Part shown: positions 29,252-39,342 of the stretch, piece after piece
Numbering within the stretch: the first letter of the stretch is position 1
Layout of the letters: every line of letters begins with the position of its first letter
Assembly: GCA_044376115.1 (NCBI GenBank)
Contig: JBILLK010000030.1
Coordinates: 64,001-128,000, forward strand
Source of the DNA: Polyangiaceae bacterium
GTDB taxonomy: Bacteria > Myxococcota_A > Polyangia > Polyangiales > Polyangiaceae
Length of the DNA stretch: 64,000 nt
Reading direction: 5' to 3'
Notes under the pieces: generated by a model
What the model was told of the DNA's origin: nothing
The model's database searches: none
What the model saw: the letters and a program-made list of their open reading frames with translations, nothing else
Program-made: the position numbers and the translations under genes

Positions 29252-29926
29252 TCACGCCAGCAGCGGCTTGCAGAACTCCAGCGTGCGCGACCACGCGAGG
29301 GCTTCCGAAGCCGGGTGATAGACCGTGGGATCGGCGCGCCGCATGAAGGCGTGCGCGCCCTCGTAGAAGTGGAGTTCGAACGAGCAGCCCGCCTCCGTGG
29401 CCTTCTCCTGCACGGCTTTTACCCGCTCCTGCTCGAGGTGCGCGTCCACCTCGGCGTAGTGGCCCAAGATCGGCGGTGTGCTGGCGCTGAAGGTCTGAAA
29501 GCTCCGGATGGGCAAGCCATAGAACGGCACCGCGCAAGCAAGGCCGGGAACCGAGCAAGCGCCGGCAATCGCTAGGCCGCCACCGAGACAGAACCCGGTG
29601 ATGCCGACCTTACCGTTGCAGCGAGGATGGTTCTGCAACGCGTGGAGAGCGCCAGCGACGACCTTCATCGCGGCGGCGGTCTTCATCTCGGTGACCAGCG
29701 TCATCGCATGTTCGGCCGTGGTGGCGACCTGCCCGCCGTACACGTCGATCCCGAGCGCCAGGTAGCCCTCCTCGGCGAAGCGGTCGCACAGTCGACGAAT
29801 GTCGTCATTGAGCCCCCACCATTCGTGAACGACGATGATCGCGCCTACCGGGCCTTCCCCCGCCGGGACGGCGAGCGCGCCAACGCTGGGCAACCCTTCT
29901 GCATCAAACGTGATCGGCTGTGTCAT
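29252..29926 (-). CDS. dienelactone hydrolase family protein
   Basis: VHEWWGLN, GITGFCLGG nucleophile elbow, PFYG, HAFM. Confidence 0.92.
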   Translation of the reverse strand: MTQPITFDAEGLPSVGALAVPAGEGPVGAIIVVHEWWGLNDDIRRLCDRFAEEGYLALGIDVYGGQVATTAEHAMTLVTEMKTAAAMKVVAGALHALQNHPRCNGKVGITGFCLGGGLAIAGACSVPGLACAVPFYGLPIRSFQTFSASTPPILGHYAEVDAHLEQERVKAVQEKATEAGCSFELHFYEGAHAFMRRADPTVYHPASEALAWSRTLEFCKPLLA

Positions 29927-30021
29927 TCCCACCGGTGTATCAGCACTCCTGTGCCGAACGAAAGCTCGCACGGTTGTGTCGCAGCTTGTCGCAAGCTCGT
30001 GTTGGCCCCACAGTCGGTCGC

Positions 30022-30813
30022 ATGAAACCTCGCTACGACAACATTGGCGCAGGCTATGGCCGCAGTCGGCGGGAGGACCCGCAGGTCCTTGCTCGCATCC
30101 AAGCAGCGCTCGGCTCGGCTCGCACAGTCGTCAATGTCGGCGCGGGCGCGGGCTCCTACGAGCCGGCGGAGCGACATGTGATCGCGATCGAGCCCAGCGA
30201 TGTAATGGCTGGCCAGCGTCCGCGCTCGAAGGCGCCGGCCATCCGAGCGAGCGCGGGCGCGCTGCCACTGCGCGACGGCTCTGTCGATGCGGCGATGGCG
30301 GTGCTCACGGTGCATCACTGGGACGAAGAGCGCGAGCGCGGCGTACGAGAGCTGCGGCGTGTCTCGAGTGGACCCGTCGTGATCGTGACGTGCGACCCTC
30401 GCGTGAGCGGTCAGATGTGGCTGATGCGTGACTATCTCCCGGAGGTCGCCGAGCTCGATCTGCAGACCTTTCCGCTGCCCGAGCAGCTCGCTGAGTGGCT
30501 CGGCGGTGATGCGCAGGTCGAGGTCGTACCGATCGCGCGAGACACGCCGGACTGGTCCTTGATGTCGTTTTGGGCGCACCCCGAGCGCGTGCTTGATCAG
30601 GGCGCCCGCAACGCGACCTCGGGGTTCGCGCGGATGACCGAGGCGGTCGTGGACCGTGTCGTCGGCGGCGTAAGCCGGGACCTCGCGTCTGGCGAGTGGG
30701 ATCGGAGGTACGGTTCGCTTCGTGGGCTGCGCGACTTCGACGCCGGCTTGCGAATCGTGATCAGCTCAGGCGACCGCTCGCCGTGGCCACGTCAACCCGA
30801 TGGTGAGGCCTAG
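30022..30813 (+). CDS. class I SAM-dependent methyltransferase
   Basis: VVNVGAGAGSY, AIEPS, LPLRDGSVDAA, TVHHW. Confidence 0.9.
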   Translation: MKPRYDNIGAGYGRSRREDPQVLARIQAALGSARTVVNVGAGAGSYEPAERHVIAIEPSDVMAGQRPRSKAPAIRASAGALPLRDGSVDAAMAVLTVHHWDEERERGVRELRRVSSGPVVIVTCDPRVSGQMWLMRDYLPEVAELDLQTFPLPEQLAEWLGGDAQVEVVPIARDTPDWSLMSFWAHPERVLDQGARNATSGFARMTEAVVDRVVGGVSRDLASGEWDRRYGSLRGLRDFDAGLRIVISSGDRSPWPRQPDGEA

Positions 30814-31806
30814 CCCGAGCACAGTGAGGCCCACGAGACCAAAGGCGATAGCGCGGTGGCGCTCTCCCGCGGCGATTAACTCGCGCGTGCGCGCTGCCTT
30901 ATCCTTGCTCTCGCGCAGCCGCAGCTCGAGACCGGCTTGGTCGTAGCAGAACTCGCCGGTGCTTTCCTTGGGAGTGCGTCCTGTTCTTAGCCAGGTTTCT
31001 TTCGTAACCACGGCGGCATCGATGCACATGCAAAAATACTTGTCCCGCGTCTCACACGCGGGAGGTGGTTTGCCGCTCTTCAAATCAGCGAGTGATTGCT
31101 CCCAATGCTTGATGCTCTGCTCGTCGGAGCGCTGGCTCGAGGGGCCGTATCGGAGGCAGGATTGCCCAGTCTCCCAGTGATAAAAGGCATAAAGCAAGAC
31201 ACCGAGCGCAACCACCGTCGCTATCAGGATGCTCTTCAACTGTTTGCGGAACCCGCGGTCCTTGAGTCTGCGCGCACGTTGAGCGGGCCAGCCTTGCAGC
31301 CAACTCGCGAAGTAGGGCTGCTTCGCCGGGTCGACTGGCAACGTGCGCTGCATGACGGCCTCGCTTAGCCACTGGAAGTAATGCTGAGCCTCCATCGGTC
31401 CGGCCATGAAGCCTGGCGTGCTTCCGAACGCGTCGTAGCGGCAGGACCGCCCACCGAGAGGGCCGCAGCGGTCGAACGGGTGCAGCTGCACCGCGCGTCC
31501 CGCCGACAGGCCTTCCACCTTGCCGATCTCCACTTCACCCAGCTCGTCGAACCACCAGGAGATAACCGGACGGTTGAGCCACGGCTTGAGCGCCGCGCTC
31601 GTCAGTAGCATCGCGAACTCAGCCTCTGCCTCGGTCAAGAGCAGCCGCCGATCCGTGCCCACTGCGACGTAATGCGCATAGAGCTTCGGAACACCGAGCA
31701 CGTTGAACGAAAGGGGCTGCATGAGACAGCCAACCCAGCGAACGACTTCACCCGGCTGAAGCAAGGGCGCGACGTAACCGCTGGCAAGTGAATCCATGGG
31801 GTGCAT
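30766..31806 (-). CDS. hypothetical protein with two TM helices
   Basis: LQPGEVV...VGTDRRLL (PH-like N-terminus by eye), two TMs flanking a Cys-containing loop. Confidence 0.6.
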   Translation of the reverse strand: MHPMDSLASGYVAPLLQPGEVVRWVGCLMQPLSFNVLGVPKLYAHYVAVGTDRRLLLTEAEAEFAMLLTSAALKPWLNRPVISWWFDELGEVEIGKVEGLSAGRAVQLHPFDRCGPLGGRSCRYDAFGSTPGFMAGPMEAQHYFQWLSEAVMQRTLPVDPAKQPYFASWLQGWPAQRARRLKDRGFRKQLKSILIATVVALGVLLYAFYHWETGQSCLRYGPSSQRSDEQSIKHWEQSLADLKSGKPPPACETRDKYFCMCIDAAVVTKETWLRTGRTPKESTGEFCYDQAGLELRLRESKDKAARTRELIAAGERHRAIAFGLVGLTVLGLGLTIGLTWPRRAVA

Positions 31807-31967
31807 GTCGCCGACGTTTACGTCTGCGGCTGCGAGAAGCTGTCTCGCAAATTTGCGACAGGCGGATGCAGATTTGAGACGCCTTGCGCGAGCATGGGCG
31901 CGCAGCAGTATTGCGCTTTGCTTTCGACGACCGTGCGCAGGCTGCCCTGACCGCCTACCATCGCCGA

Positions 31968-32402
31968 ATGAACGCCAGCCGCTTGGGGACGTGGAGCTTG
32001 ATGCTGGTCGTTGCGGCCTGCGGGTCGTCGGCCGAGGTGGATTCGAAGCGATCTTCGGCTAGCGCGGGCAGCGCCAGCGCGATCTCCTCGGGCTCCCCTG
32101 TTGCGGCGGCCTCTGCGAGTTCGAGCCCAGCTGCAGCCGACTGCGCAGAGCTGCGTAAGGCGGTGGTGACCGAAGCCGGCAAGCTCGGCGCGTGCACCGC
32201 GGACAGCGACTGCAAGGTCCACTCGATCGGTGTGTGCGACTTCGTCGAGCTCGATTGTTACGCCGCGCATGTCAACCAGGGAAGCCCCGCCGGGCTCGAC
32301 GCGGCCGTCAGCGCCTTCAAGCAGAGCTGCCCGTTCGACAAATGCAAATGCGGGTTGCCGCCGAAGAGCGTGTGCAAGAGCGGCAAGTGCACCGCCGGCT
32401 GA
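31968..32402 (+). CDS. Cys-rich lipoprotein
   Basis: lipobox VAAC, Ser/Ala linker, CTADSDC...C..GKC. Confidence 0.72.
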   Translation: MNASRLGTWSLMLVVAACGSSAEVDSKRSSASAGSASAISSGSPVAAASASSSPAAADCAELRKAVVTEAGKLGACTADSDCKVHSIGVCDFVELDCYAAHVNQGSPAGLDAAVSAFKQSCPFDKCKCGLPPKSVCKSGKCTAG

Positions 32403-32527
32403 TCGAATCCGAAGACAGCGCGTGTTGAAAGCGGCTTTGCGCGTCTGGCGCTGGCGCTATTGCGCGAGCTGAACCCGAGTGCGTTGGGTGTAGCCGTCAC
32501 GCGGCTGCGTGCGTAGTTCTTCCGCCT

Positions 32528-34015
32528 ATGCTCGTTCGCCCTCGGTCTTACCTGCCGAACTTCATCACGGTGCTCGCGTCGGTCGCCACAGCTTGCGTCG
32601 GCGGTAGTGTTGCGGGGCTGCAGGGGCCGGTCAGCGTCGATCTCAAGGCCGAACCCGTCGCAGCGAGCGAGCAGGCGCCCGATGGGAAAAAATTCGGCCA
32701 GCGGTTGGATTTGAACCTGCTGATGCCTGCGCAGGATGGCGACTCGCTCGTCGCCTGGAGCTCGATGACGACGGATGGTGGCAAGCGCTTGTTGTGCGGG
32801 ATCCGCCTCTCGACCATGAGCGCCTACTGCAGCGAAGAGGCTCTGGAGATCGAAGTAAAGAGCGTCTCCGCGAAGTACGTCGTTCTTGTGACTCCGGGTT
32901 CGCTCGTGGTGCGCGAGGTGTTTTCATCACGGGTGGTGGCAGAACATGCGCTGGAAAAGCCTGTGCTCCACGCAGCCCTCAGCCCCGACGACCGTCACTT
33001 GGCTTTGCTCGATGAAGCGGGGCAGGGCCGGCTCTTGCGGCTCGAGGACGGCCGTCTGATGGCGGCGGCGACGGCTAGCGCGCCGATCTCCGCGAGCGAC
33101 TATGAGGGCGTCGGAGGGTCGTCGGTGACCTGGCTCTCCTCGCAACGCGTCGTCTTTTCGGGCCGAGGTGCACCAACGCTGGTGAGCCTGGGAGGCTCAT
33201 CGCAATCGACCTGGACGCGGCTTGCCATCGGCTCATCGGCGGCATGCAGCCGTGCGGAGCTGTTCGAGGACGCGTTGCTCGTGGTCGCCTGCGACGGTCA
33301 GGTCGGCCTCTTCGATCCAGCGTCCGGTGCAGAAAAGGCGCAGCTACAGAGCGGGACGCGTTATCGCGGTATGCGTGCCGTGTCGCTTCGTACGGCGGGC
33401 AAGCGAGTGCTCGTCCACTACAAGCGCTTCGGAGCCCCCAACAACCTTGAGCTGTTCGAACCGCTCGCGAGCAAGCCACTCGTGTGGAGCCAGTCGGGGG
33501 ACGTGTCGAATGCGGACCTGCGCGCCGATGGGCGCGTCGGCTGGCAGATCTATCGCGAACTCTACGGCGGGCCAGAGCTGCAAGCGTTTGAGAAGGACCT
33601 CACGAGCGAGCCGCAACGGCTCAAAGGGTCCTTTATCGCTTGGTCGGGTAAGAACGTGGTGGTTGAAGAGGAGAGCGTGAAACTGCGTGTGGACGGCCGT
33701 TCGGTGTTTGAGCACTACGCAAGTTGGGCGCCCGAGGCGAACACTGTGCAACGGGGAAGGTTTCTTTGGGTGAGCGGCGGTAGCAGCATGGTTCGAATCA
33801 CCGATGGGGACGCCGAGCCGTTGGTGTTCGACGTCTTCGGCTCGGTGAACGCTCCGCTCGTGAAGCGCGTAGCACCGACACTGCCGCCGCCTCGCAGTCC
33901 GTCTCGCGCAGATGATGGCGTGCCCCCGGTGGAATGGGTCGACGCCGGCGCGGTCGAGGGAAACAGTGAGGTTCGGACGAACGAGAAACCCGCTGTCGCC
34001 CCAGCCTCGCGCTAG
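32528..34015 (+). CDS. beta-propeller (WD40/PQQ-like) lipoprotein
   Basis: ATAC lipobox; AALSPDDRHLA and GQVGLFDPASG blade-like motifs. Confidence 0.62.
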   Translation: MLVRPRSYLPNFITVLASVATACVGGSVAGLQGPVSVDLKAEPVAASEQAPDGKKFGQRLDLNLLMPAQDGDSLVAWSSMTTDGGKRLLCGIRLSTMSAYCSEEALEIEVKSVSAKYVVLVTPGSLVVREVFSSRVVAEHALEKPVLHAALSPDDRHLALLDEAGQGRLLRLEDGRLMAAATASAPISASDYEGVGGSSVTWLSSQRVVFSGRGAPTLVSLGGSSQSTWTRLAIGSSAACSRAELFEDALLVVACDGQVGLFDPASGAEKAQLQSGTRYRGMRAVSLRTAGKRVLVHYKRFGAPNNLELFEPLASKPLVWSQSGDVSNADLRADGRVGWQIYRELYGGPELQAFEKDLTSEPQRLKGSFIAWSGKNVVVEEESVKLRVDGRSVFEHYASWAPEANTVQRGRFLWVSGGSSMVRITDGDAEPLVFDVFGSVNAPLVKRVAPTLPPPRSPSRADDGVPPVEWVDAGAVEGNSEVRTNEKPAVAPASR

Positions 34016-34028
34016 ACTCCGCGCTCTC

Positions 34029-35447
34029 GTGAGCACGCCACTCGTCCTCGTACCAGGCTCGATCTTCGCCGGAGACTTCCGCATTGAGCGGCCTCTCTCC
34101 GAGGGCGGGATGGGCATGGTGTACGTCGCCTTCCAGCTTTCGACCGGGAGAGAGCGCGCGTTGAAGCTGTTGCAGCCCAGCCTCGCCGCGAGCGTCGACG
34201 CGCATCGGCGCTTCGAGCAGGAGGCGCGGATCGGCGGGCAGATCGAGAGCGAGCACATCGTTGAGGTGGTCGCAGCCGGTGTTGACGCCACCACCGGCGC
34301 GCCGTGGCTGGCGATGGAGCTCCTGCAAGGAGAAACGCTCGCGGCTTTCCTGGAGCGGCGCGGGCCGCTCGACGCGCACGCAGCGCTGGAGCTCTTCGCC
34401 CAGCTCACGCACGCCATCGGGGCTGCGCACGACAAGCAGATCGTGCATCGCGATCTCAAGCCGGAGAACCTGTTCCTCGTGACCGGACGCAGGGCCGGCG
34501 GAGCCTTCACTTTGAAGGTGCTCGACTTCGGTATCGCCAAGCTCGTCGATCAAGCGCGTAGATCGGCGACCGGGGCGATCGGCACGCCGCTGTGGATGGC
34601 GCCAGAGCAAGCGCAGTCGGGCCAGCAGGTGACGCCTGCTACCGACGTTTGGTCGCTGGGGTTGATCGCCTTCCGGGCGCTCTCCGGCAAGTGTTTTTGG
34701 CGCGCAGCGAACGACGCTGAGGCCGGCAGCATGCAGGTCTTCAGCGAGATGATGGTGGAGCCGATCCCAGCGGCGAGTACGCGTGCACAAGAGCTCGGCG
34801 CCGCCCCACTGCCGGCCGGGTTCGACGCATGGTTCGCCCGCTGTGTGTGCCGCGAGCCGATGCAGCGCTACCAGCATGCAGCTGCCGCGCAGCAAGCTTT
34901 GACGTACGTGCTTTCACCAGAGTTGCAGGTCACAGTGCTCGCGGCGCCGAGCGTGGCGCCCGCAGCCAAGCGAGCAAAGGTCGCGACGCTCGTCGGTGTT
35001 GCGGCGCTCGGGATTACGTTGGCCGGCGTCGGACTGGGCGTGCTCGCATTGCGCGGTAAGGGCTCACGCAGCTTTGGTGCAGACGCAGTGGCCACGGACT
35101 CTGCGGCCGCGGCTTCGGAGTCTCCCTCCTCGGGCAGCACCGCTGCAACGGTGACGCCCTCCGCAGCGTCAGCGGTCGCAACCTCTTCTGCCGCGCTCAG
35201 CGACGATGCGATCGGTATCCCCGAGTGTGACGAATACATGCGCTTGTGGCGCGACTGTTACAAAGACCCGCTCACCCGGGCGCGTGCGGAGGCTGGCTTC
35301 AAACGCATGACAGCCGACTACCAAAGGCTCGCGGCTGGTACTCCCAGGGAACGCGAAGACACCCGCGCTTCGTGCGAGGACAGCGTGAAGAAATTCCCGC
35401 ACGCAATCTGCCGAATGAGCGTCCCCGAAAAACGGGGTGGCCGCTAA
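34029..35447 (+). CDS. Hanks-type Ser/Thr kinase with TM and Cys-containing external domain
   Basis: EGGMG, ALK, HRDLKPEN, DFG, GTPLWMAPEQ; GIPECDEY C-terminal domain. Confidence 0.95.
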   Translation: MSTPLVLVPGSIFAGDFRIERPLSEGGMGMVYVAFQLSTGRERALKLLQPSLAASVDAHRRFEQEARIGGQIESEHIVEVVAAGVDATTGAPWLAMELLQGETLAAFLERRGPLDAHAALELFAQLTHAIGAAHDKQIVHRDLKPENLFLVTGRRAGGAFTLKVLDFGIAKLVDQARRSATGAIGTPLWMAPEQAQSGQQVTPATDVWSLGLIAFRALSGKCFWRAANDAEAGSMQVFSEMMVEPIPAASTRAQELGAAPLPAGFDAWFARCVCREPMQRYQHAAAAQQALTYVLSPELQVTVLAAPSVAPAAKRAKVATLVGVAALGITLAGVGLGVLALRGKGSRSFGADAVATDSAAAASESPSSGSTAATVTPSAASAVATSSAALSDDAIGIPECDEYMRLWRDCYKDPLTRARAEAGFKRMTADYQRLAAGTPREREDTRASCEDSVKKFPHAICRMSVPEKRGGR

Positions 35448-36076
35448 AAGCTCCAGCTCAACGAAGCCGCGCCAACACCGAGATTGAAGTTCGGCACCAG
35501 CCAGGACACGTTCTGCTGCGCGCCGTTGGCGATCATCACCGGCCCACCGATGCCGCCGGCGATACCGAACAGCAGCGTGGTCACGCCAAAGCCGACGAAC
35601 GGCGCGGGATCAGCGCCACAGGCGTCGGCTGCAAAGCCGCCGTCGTGACAATCGGTGCCGGCTGCATCGGCGATCGAGAACAAGAAGCCTGAGCCGACCA
35701 AGAACAAGACGCCGAGCACCGTCACAGTGACTCCACCCGCGATCAGGCCGGTCGATGGGCCTAGCTCTGGTTGCGGCACTATCACATGGGTGGTGCTGCC
35801 AGGCGTTACCACCACGCGTTGTTCATCGGCGTCCCCGACCGCCTTACCCTGCGCATCCACCAAAGAGCTACTGACGAACTTCCGTCCGGGAGTGACAGAG
35901 AAGAGCCCGTTGAATAGCTGCTTGGGAACAACGGTTCCGTCGACCTCCACCACCAACGTGGTCCCTTGCGGTAGCGAGGGAGGCGGATGAACCACCACGG
36001 CCGTACGCTCTTGGGCCGAGGCCAACGCAGGCGCAGAGAGGGTAGCGACCAACAACGCGACGAGGACGGAGCGCAT
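35444..36076 (-). CDS. secreted PEGA-like protein with C-terminal hydrophobic pair
   Basis: signal peptide, VEVDG...VTPG, Gly-rich helices, ends LSWSF. Confidence 0.7.
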   Translation of the reverse strand: MRSVLVALLVATLSAPALASAQERTAVVVHPPPSLPQGTTLVVEVDGTVVPKQLFNGLFSVTPGRKFVSSSLVDAQGKAVGDADEQRVVVTPGSTTHVIVPQPELGPSTGLIAGGVTVTVLGVLFLVGSGFLFSIADAAGTDCHDGGFAADACGADPAPFVGFGVTTLLFGIAGGIGGPVMIANGAQQNVSWLVPNFNLGVGAASLSWSF

Positions 36077-36139
36077 TTCGCACGCAGTATACGCAGGTTG
36101 GCCCGCCGCGTGCCGACCTCGCGGCGGGCTAACAAAAGC

Positions 36140-36457
36140 TCAGCGGTGCTCGGGCTTCCGCTTCTCGGCGGGCACGTAATAAGGCTTGTAGCCCGTCTTC
36201 TCCAGCCACTCATTGCGCATCGGTTCTAGCTTGGACTGCTCCAGCCCGCTGTCTTTGAGGCCCATGTCGAGCGCCATGCTGGTCACCAAAGCACAATCGT
36301 GTTCAGCCGGCTTGAGCTTCAGCTCCTCGGTCATGTCCTTGCACATCTTGAAGGTCGACTCGTACTTCTCCATCGTCTTCTTGGCCTTCGCCTCGGGCGA
36401 ACAGCCAACCAAGGGGAGCGCGAACGCGAGCACCAACGTGAGCCGATTCAATTTCAT
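36140..36457 (-). CDS. small helical lipoprotein
   Basis: MKLNRLTLVLAFALPLVGC signal/lipobox; GC-rich third codon positions. Confidence 0.75.
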   Translation of the reverse strand: MKLNRLTLVLAFALPLVGCSPEAKAKKTMEKYESTFKMCKDMTEELKLKPAEHDCALVTSMALDMGLKDSGLEQSKLEPMRNEWLEKTGYKPYYVPAEKRKPEHR

Positions 36458-36689
36458 GCGAGCTTGATAGTCGACGAACGGTGACGGCAGAAGCAAGAAT
36501 GACGGTCGACTAACTAACTATCCCGTCGTGTAACGCTTTTGTGAATTGCTCAGCCGCTGAGCAACGCTGCGACCTTGATTGAAGAACTTACGGGCTCTCG
36601 ATGCGAGAACAGCTGCATTGAAAAGAGTCGTGAGGATCGAAGGAGCTTTGAGTTCATGGCCGTTCGCGGGCGATGCTATCGCGTAATGC

Positions 36690-37943
36690 GTGGCATATTC
36701 GCTTTGGGCTGTTTGCACGCTAGCGGCGCTCTCGGCCGCCTGCGGCTCCGAAACGACGGGTAGCAGCGGTGGTGGAGAGCCACCTAGCTCTGGCGGTGGC
36801 GGTCAAGGTGGAGAAGGCGGAAGTGGCGGCGCGCCGATCCTCCCCGCCGCAGACCCGATCGGTTTCGTCGGCACAGCCGATATGAATGTCCGTCGGGTCA
36901 ACCACTCGGCCACGCTGCTCGCCGATGGCCGGGTGCTGGTGGTCGGCGGGGACAATAGCTCGGGCGCCATGCTCGACTCGGTCGAGATCTTCGACCCGTC
37001 GAGTGAGAGTTGGTCCGAGCAACCTTCGCTACCTGAGCCGCGCTCCAACCATACGGCCACGCTCTTGGACGATGGACGCGTGCTGATCGCAGGCGGTGGA
37101 ACCACCTCCGCCATCGGTCTGCCCAACGGTGTTACCGCGCTCGATTCCGCGGTGGTGCTCGATCCGGCGACAGGGCTTTTCGACGAGGTTGGGCCGATGA
37201 CTGACCCGCGCGCCGACCATCGCGCGGTGTTGTTAGAGGATGGACGTGTGCTCTTGATCGGCGGTTCCACCAACGAGATCGCTGAGAAGTGCACTGTGAT
37301 TGCCAATTGCACTGTCGGCGCCTCCGTCGCTTCGGTGGATATCTTCGACCCGGCGAGCAATAGCTTCAGCGCCACAGGCTCGCTTCAGGAAGGCCGCTAT
37401 TCGGCGGTCGCCGCGCGCCTCGCCGACGGTAACGTGATCATCACGGGTGGGGTCGATAGCTTCACCAGCTTGGCAACGACGGAGCTGTACGACGTGGCGC
37501 GCGGCGACTTCACCCTCGTCGGGAGCATGAAGTACGAGCGCTTGTTCGGGACCGGAGCGCTCACGGGGAGCGGTAAGCTCTTGGTTGCCGGCGGTAAGAA
37601 AGCGGACGTTGCTCCGTACGCCCACACTGAGCTGTTCAACCCAACGAGCAACGATTGGTCGACGACGGAGGACCTCTCCCAGCCGCGAACGGGGGCCGAG
37701 GCCGTTACCTTGGAATCAGGCCGGGTGTTGCACATCGCGGGCTACAACCAGTTCGATCAGACCACGGTCGCCGTGGTGGACGTTTTCGATGAAGCGACGG
37801 GCAGCTGGAGTGAAATCGGCTCGCTCGCAAAGAAGCGCTCCTCCTTCAGCGCAACGCGCCTCGGCGACGGACGCGTGCTGGTGTGCGGCGGGTTCTCGAC
37901 CGGCTTGCCGCTTAAAGAGTGTGAACTCTCGGTCTCCGAATAG
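36690..37943 (+). CDS. Kelch-repeat lipoprotein
   Basis: about seven R..H.AT.L.DGRVL..GG...E.FDP repeats; SAAC lipobox. Confidence 0.9.
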   Translation: MAYSLWAVCTLAALSAACGSETTGSSGGGEPPSSGGGGQGGEGGSGGAPILPAADPIGFVGTADMNVRRVNHSATLLADGRVLVVGGDNSSGAMLDSVEIFDPSSESWSEQPSLPEPRSNHTATLLDDGRVLIAGGGTTSAIGLPNGVTALDSAVVLDPATGLFDEVGPMTDPRADHRAVLLEDGRVLLIGGSTNEIAEKCTVIANCTVGASVASVDIFDPASNSFSATGSLQEGRYSAVAARLADGNVIITGGVDSFTSLATTELYDVARGDFTLVGSMKYERLFGTGALTGSGKLLVAGGKKADVAPYAHTELFNPTSNDWSTTEDLSQPRTGAEAVTLESGRVLHIAGYNQFDQTTVAVVDVFDEATGSWSEIGSLAKKRSSFSATRLGDGRVLVCGGFSTGLPLKECELSVSE

Positions 37944-37946
37944 CCT

Positions 37947-38759
37947 TCATTGGCGCGGCTGGTCGGTGAGGGCGAGGCTCGTCCAAGCGACCATGGTGTC
38001 GGCCGTGACGGTGATTGCATAGTCGCCGGCGACGAGCTCGGTGGCGGCGCGGCTCGAGATCCAGAGCACGCCGCTATCGAGCGGCTGCGGTGATTCGATC
38101 GCCGCAAAGGAAGCCGCCGGTACGCGGACTTCACCGCTCGCGCCGTCGAAGTCGCAGGCGATGAAGTAGGACGGCCCATCTCCGCCGACCGAGGTGACGA
38201 AGTCGAGGTGCACCGCGCCCTCGAAGGGCGTGAAGGGCGCGACAAAGTCCTCGGCGAGCGATTGCGGTCGCTCTTCTTGCCAGCCCGGCGTCTCGAACAT
38301 GGCACCCGTTTGCAAGCTGACCTCGAACGCCGGTACCACGTTGCCTGAAGCCGTTACCGTCACCTCGCCTTCCGGCTGCCACAGGGTTGCGCTGCGGCCG
38401 AGCGAGTAGATGCCGGGCATATCCTCGTCGGCAGTGGCGTCGAAGATCCCACTGACCGAGAGCTCGCCGGCGCTGGCTTTGGCGGTCACTTCGGGTTGCA
38501 GGAAGAAGTTGCAGCCTGTGGTTTTGCACGAGCCTGCCTCGTGGATGAGCCCGCAGTTGATCTCCGGCTCACTACCGAAGTACGCCGATAGGCGCGAACT
38601 GCCGCCTGGGGTCTTGACGCCGAGCGGATCGGCCGAGAGCTCAATCAAGCCCACCGAGGTTGGCTCAGGCGCAGGACCGCTACCCCCTTCGCCGTCGAGC
38701 GAATCGCTGCTCTCACCGCAGCCGACTAGTAGCAGTACGAAGAGGAAGCTCGCTCGCAT
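37947..38759 (-). CDS. hypothetical lipoprotein
   Basis: MRASFLFVLLLVGC lipobox; beta-rich. Confidence 0.75.
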   Translation of the reverse strand: MRASFLFVLLLVGCGESSDSLDGEGGSGPAPEPTSVGLIELSADPLGVKTPGGSSRLSAYFGSEPEINCGLIHEAGSCKTTGCNFFLQPEVTAKASAGELSVSGIFDATADEDMPGIYSLGRSATLWQPEGEVTVTASGNVVPAFEVSLQTGAMFETPGWQEERPQSLAEDFVAPFTPFEGAVHLDFVTSVGGDGPSYFIACDFDGASGEVRVPAASFAAIESPQPLDSGVLWISSRAATELVAGDYAITVTADTMVAWTSLALTDQPRQ

Positions 38760-38852
38760 GCTGTCAGCCTAGCTGATTTGCGCGCGCCGCGACGAGCTTC
38801 GACGGATCGAGCCTCAACGTCGCTTCGGCACGACGCTCGCTAGGTGTGGACC

Positions 38853-39176
38853 ATGCGCGCACCGTCCGTTGCCTGGAGCCTATTGCCCCTTCTCGTACTC
38901 GTCTTGTGCGCCTGTGCGCCGAGCGCCAATCCGCTGCTCGATCAGGCCTACAATGGCCGCGGCGTGGCCGGCTTTTGGCTCGGCCTGTGGCACGGCGCGA
39001 TCGGCTGGATCACCTTCATCGTGTCGTTCTTCGACTCGAGCGTCTCGGTGTACGAGGTCAGCAATAGCGGTTGGCGCTACAACCTCGGCTTCCTGCTCGG
39101 GGCCGGTCTGTTCCATGGTGGAGGAAGCGTAACGGCCTCACGCCGCAGGCGAACCCAGGTCACAGTGCTGCGCTGA
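38853..39176 (+). CDS. small membrane lipoprotein
   Basis: LCAC lipobox; AGFWLGLWHG...VYEVSNSGWRYNLGFLLG. Confidence 0.75.
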   Translation: MRAPSVAWSLLPLLVLVLCACAPSANPLLDQAYNGRGVAGFWLGLWHGAIGWITFIVSFFDSSVSVYEVSNSGWRYNLGFLLGAGLFHGGGSVTASRRRRTQVTVLR

Positions 39177-39342
39177 TCGGCAGAGGCCGAGTCCGTGTGG
39201 CCATCCTGTCTCACGCACACGCGACAGATGTGGCCATTTGTCCCAATCGGCGACCCAGCCTGGGCTTCGCTGTCTTCGCGTCGTGACAGTTCGATGACCT
39301 GGCGCAGACCAAGGCGTGGCCTGCGCGTGCGATGACCGGCGG

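Noticed and set aside
36508..36521. GACTAACTAACTAT, resembling the TGACTA boxes
   Set aside because: A short tandem repeat, not a dyad, far from any LuxR gene; insufficient support.
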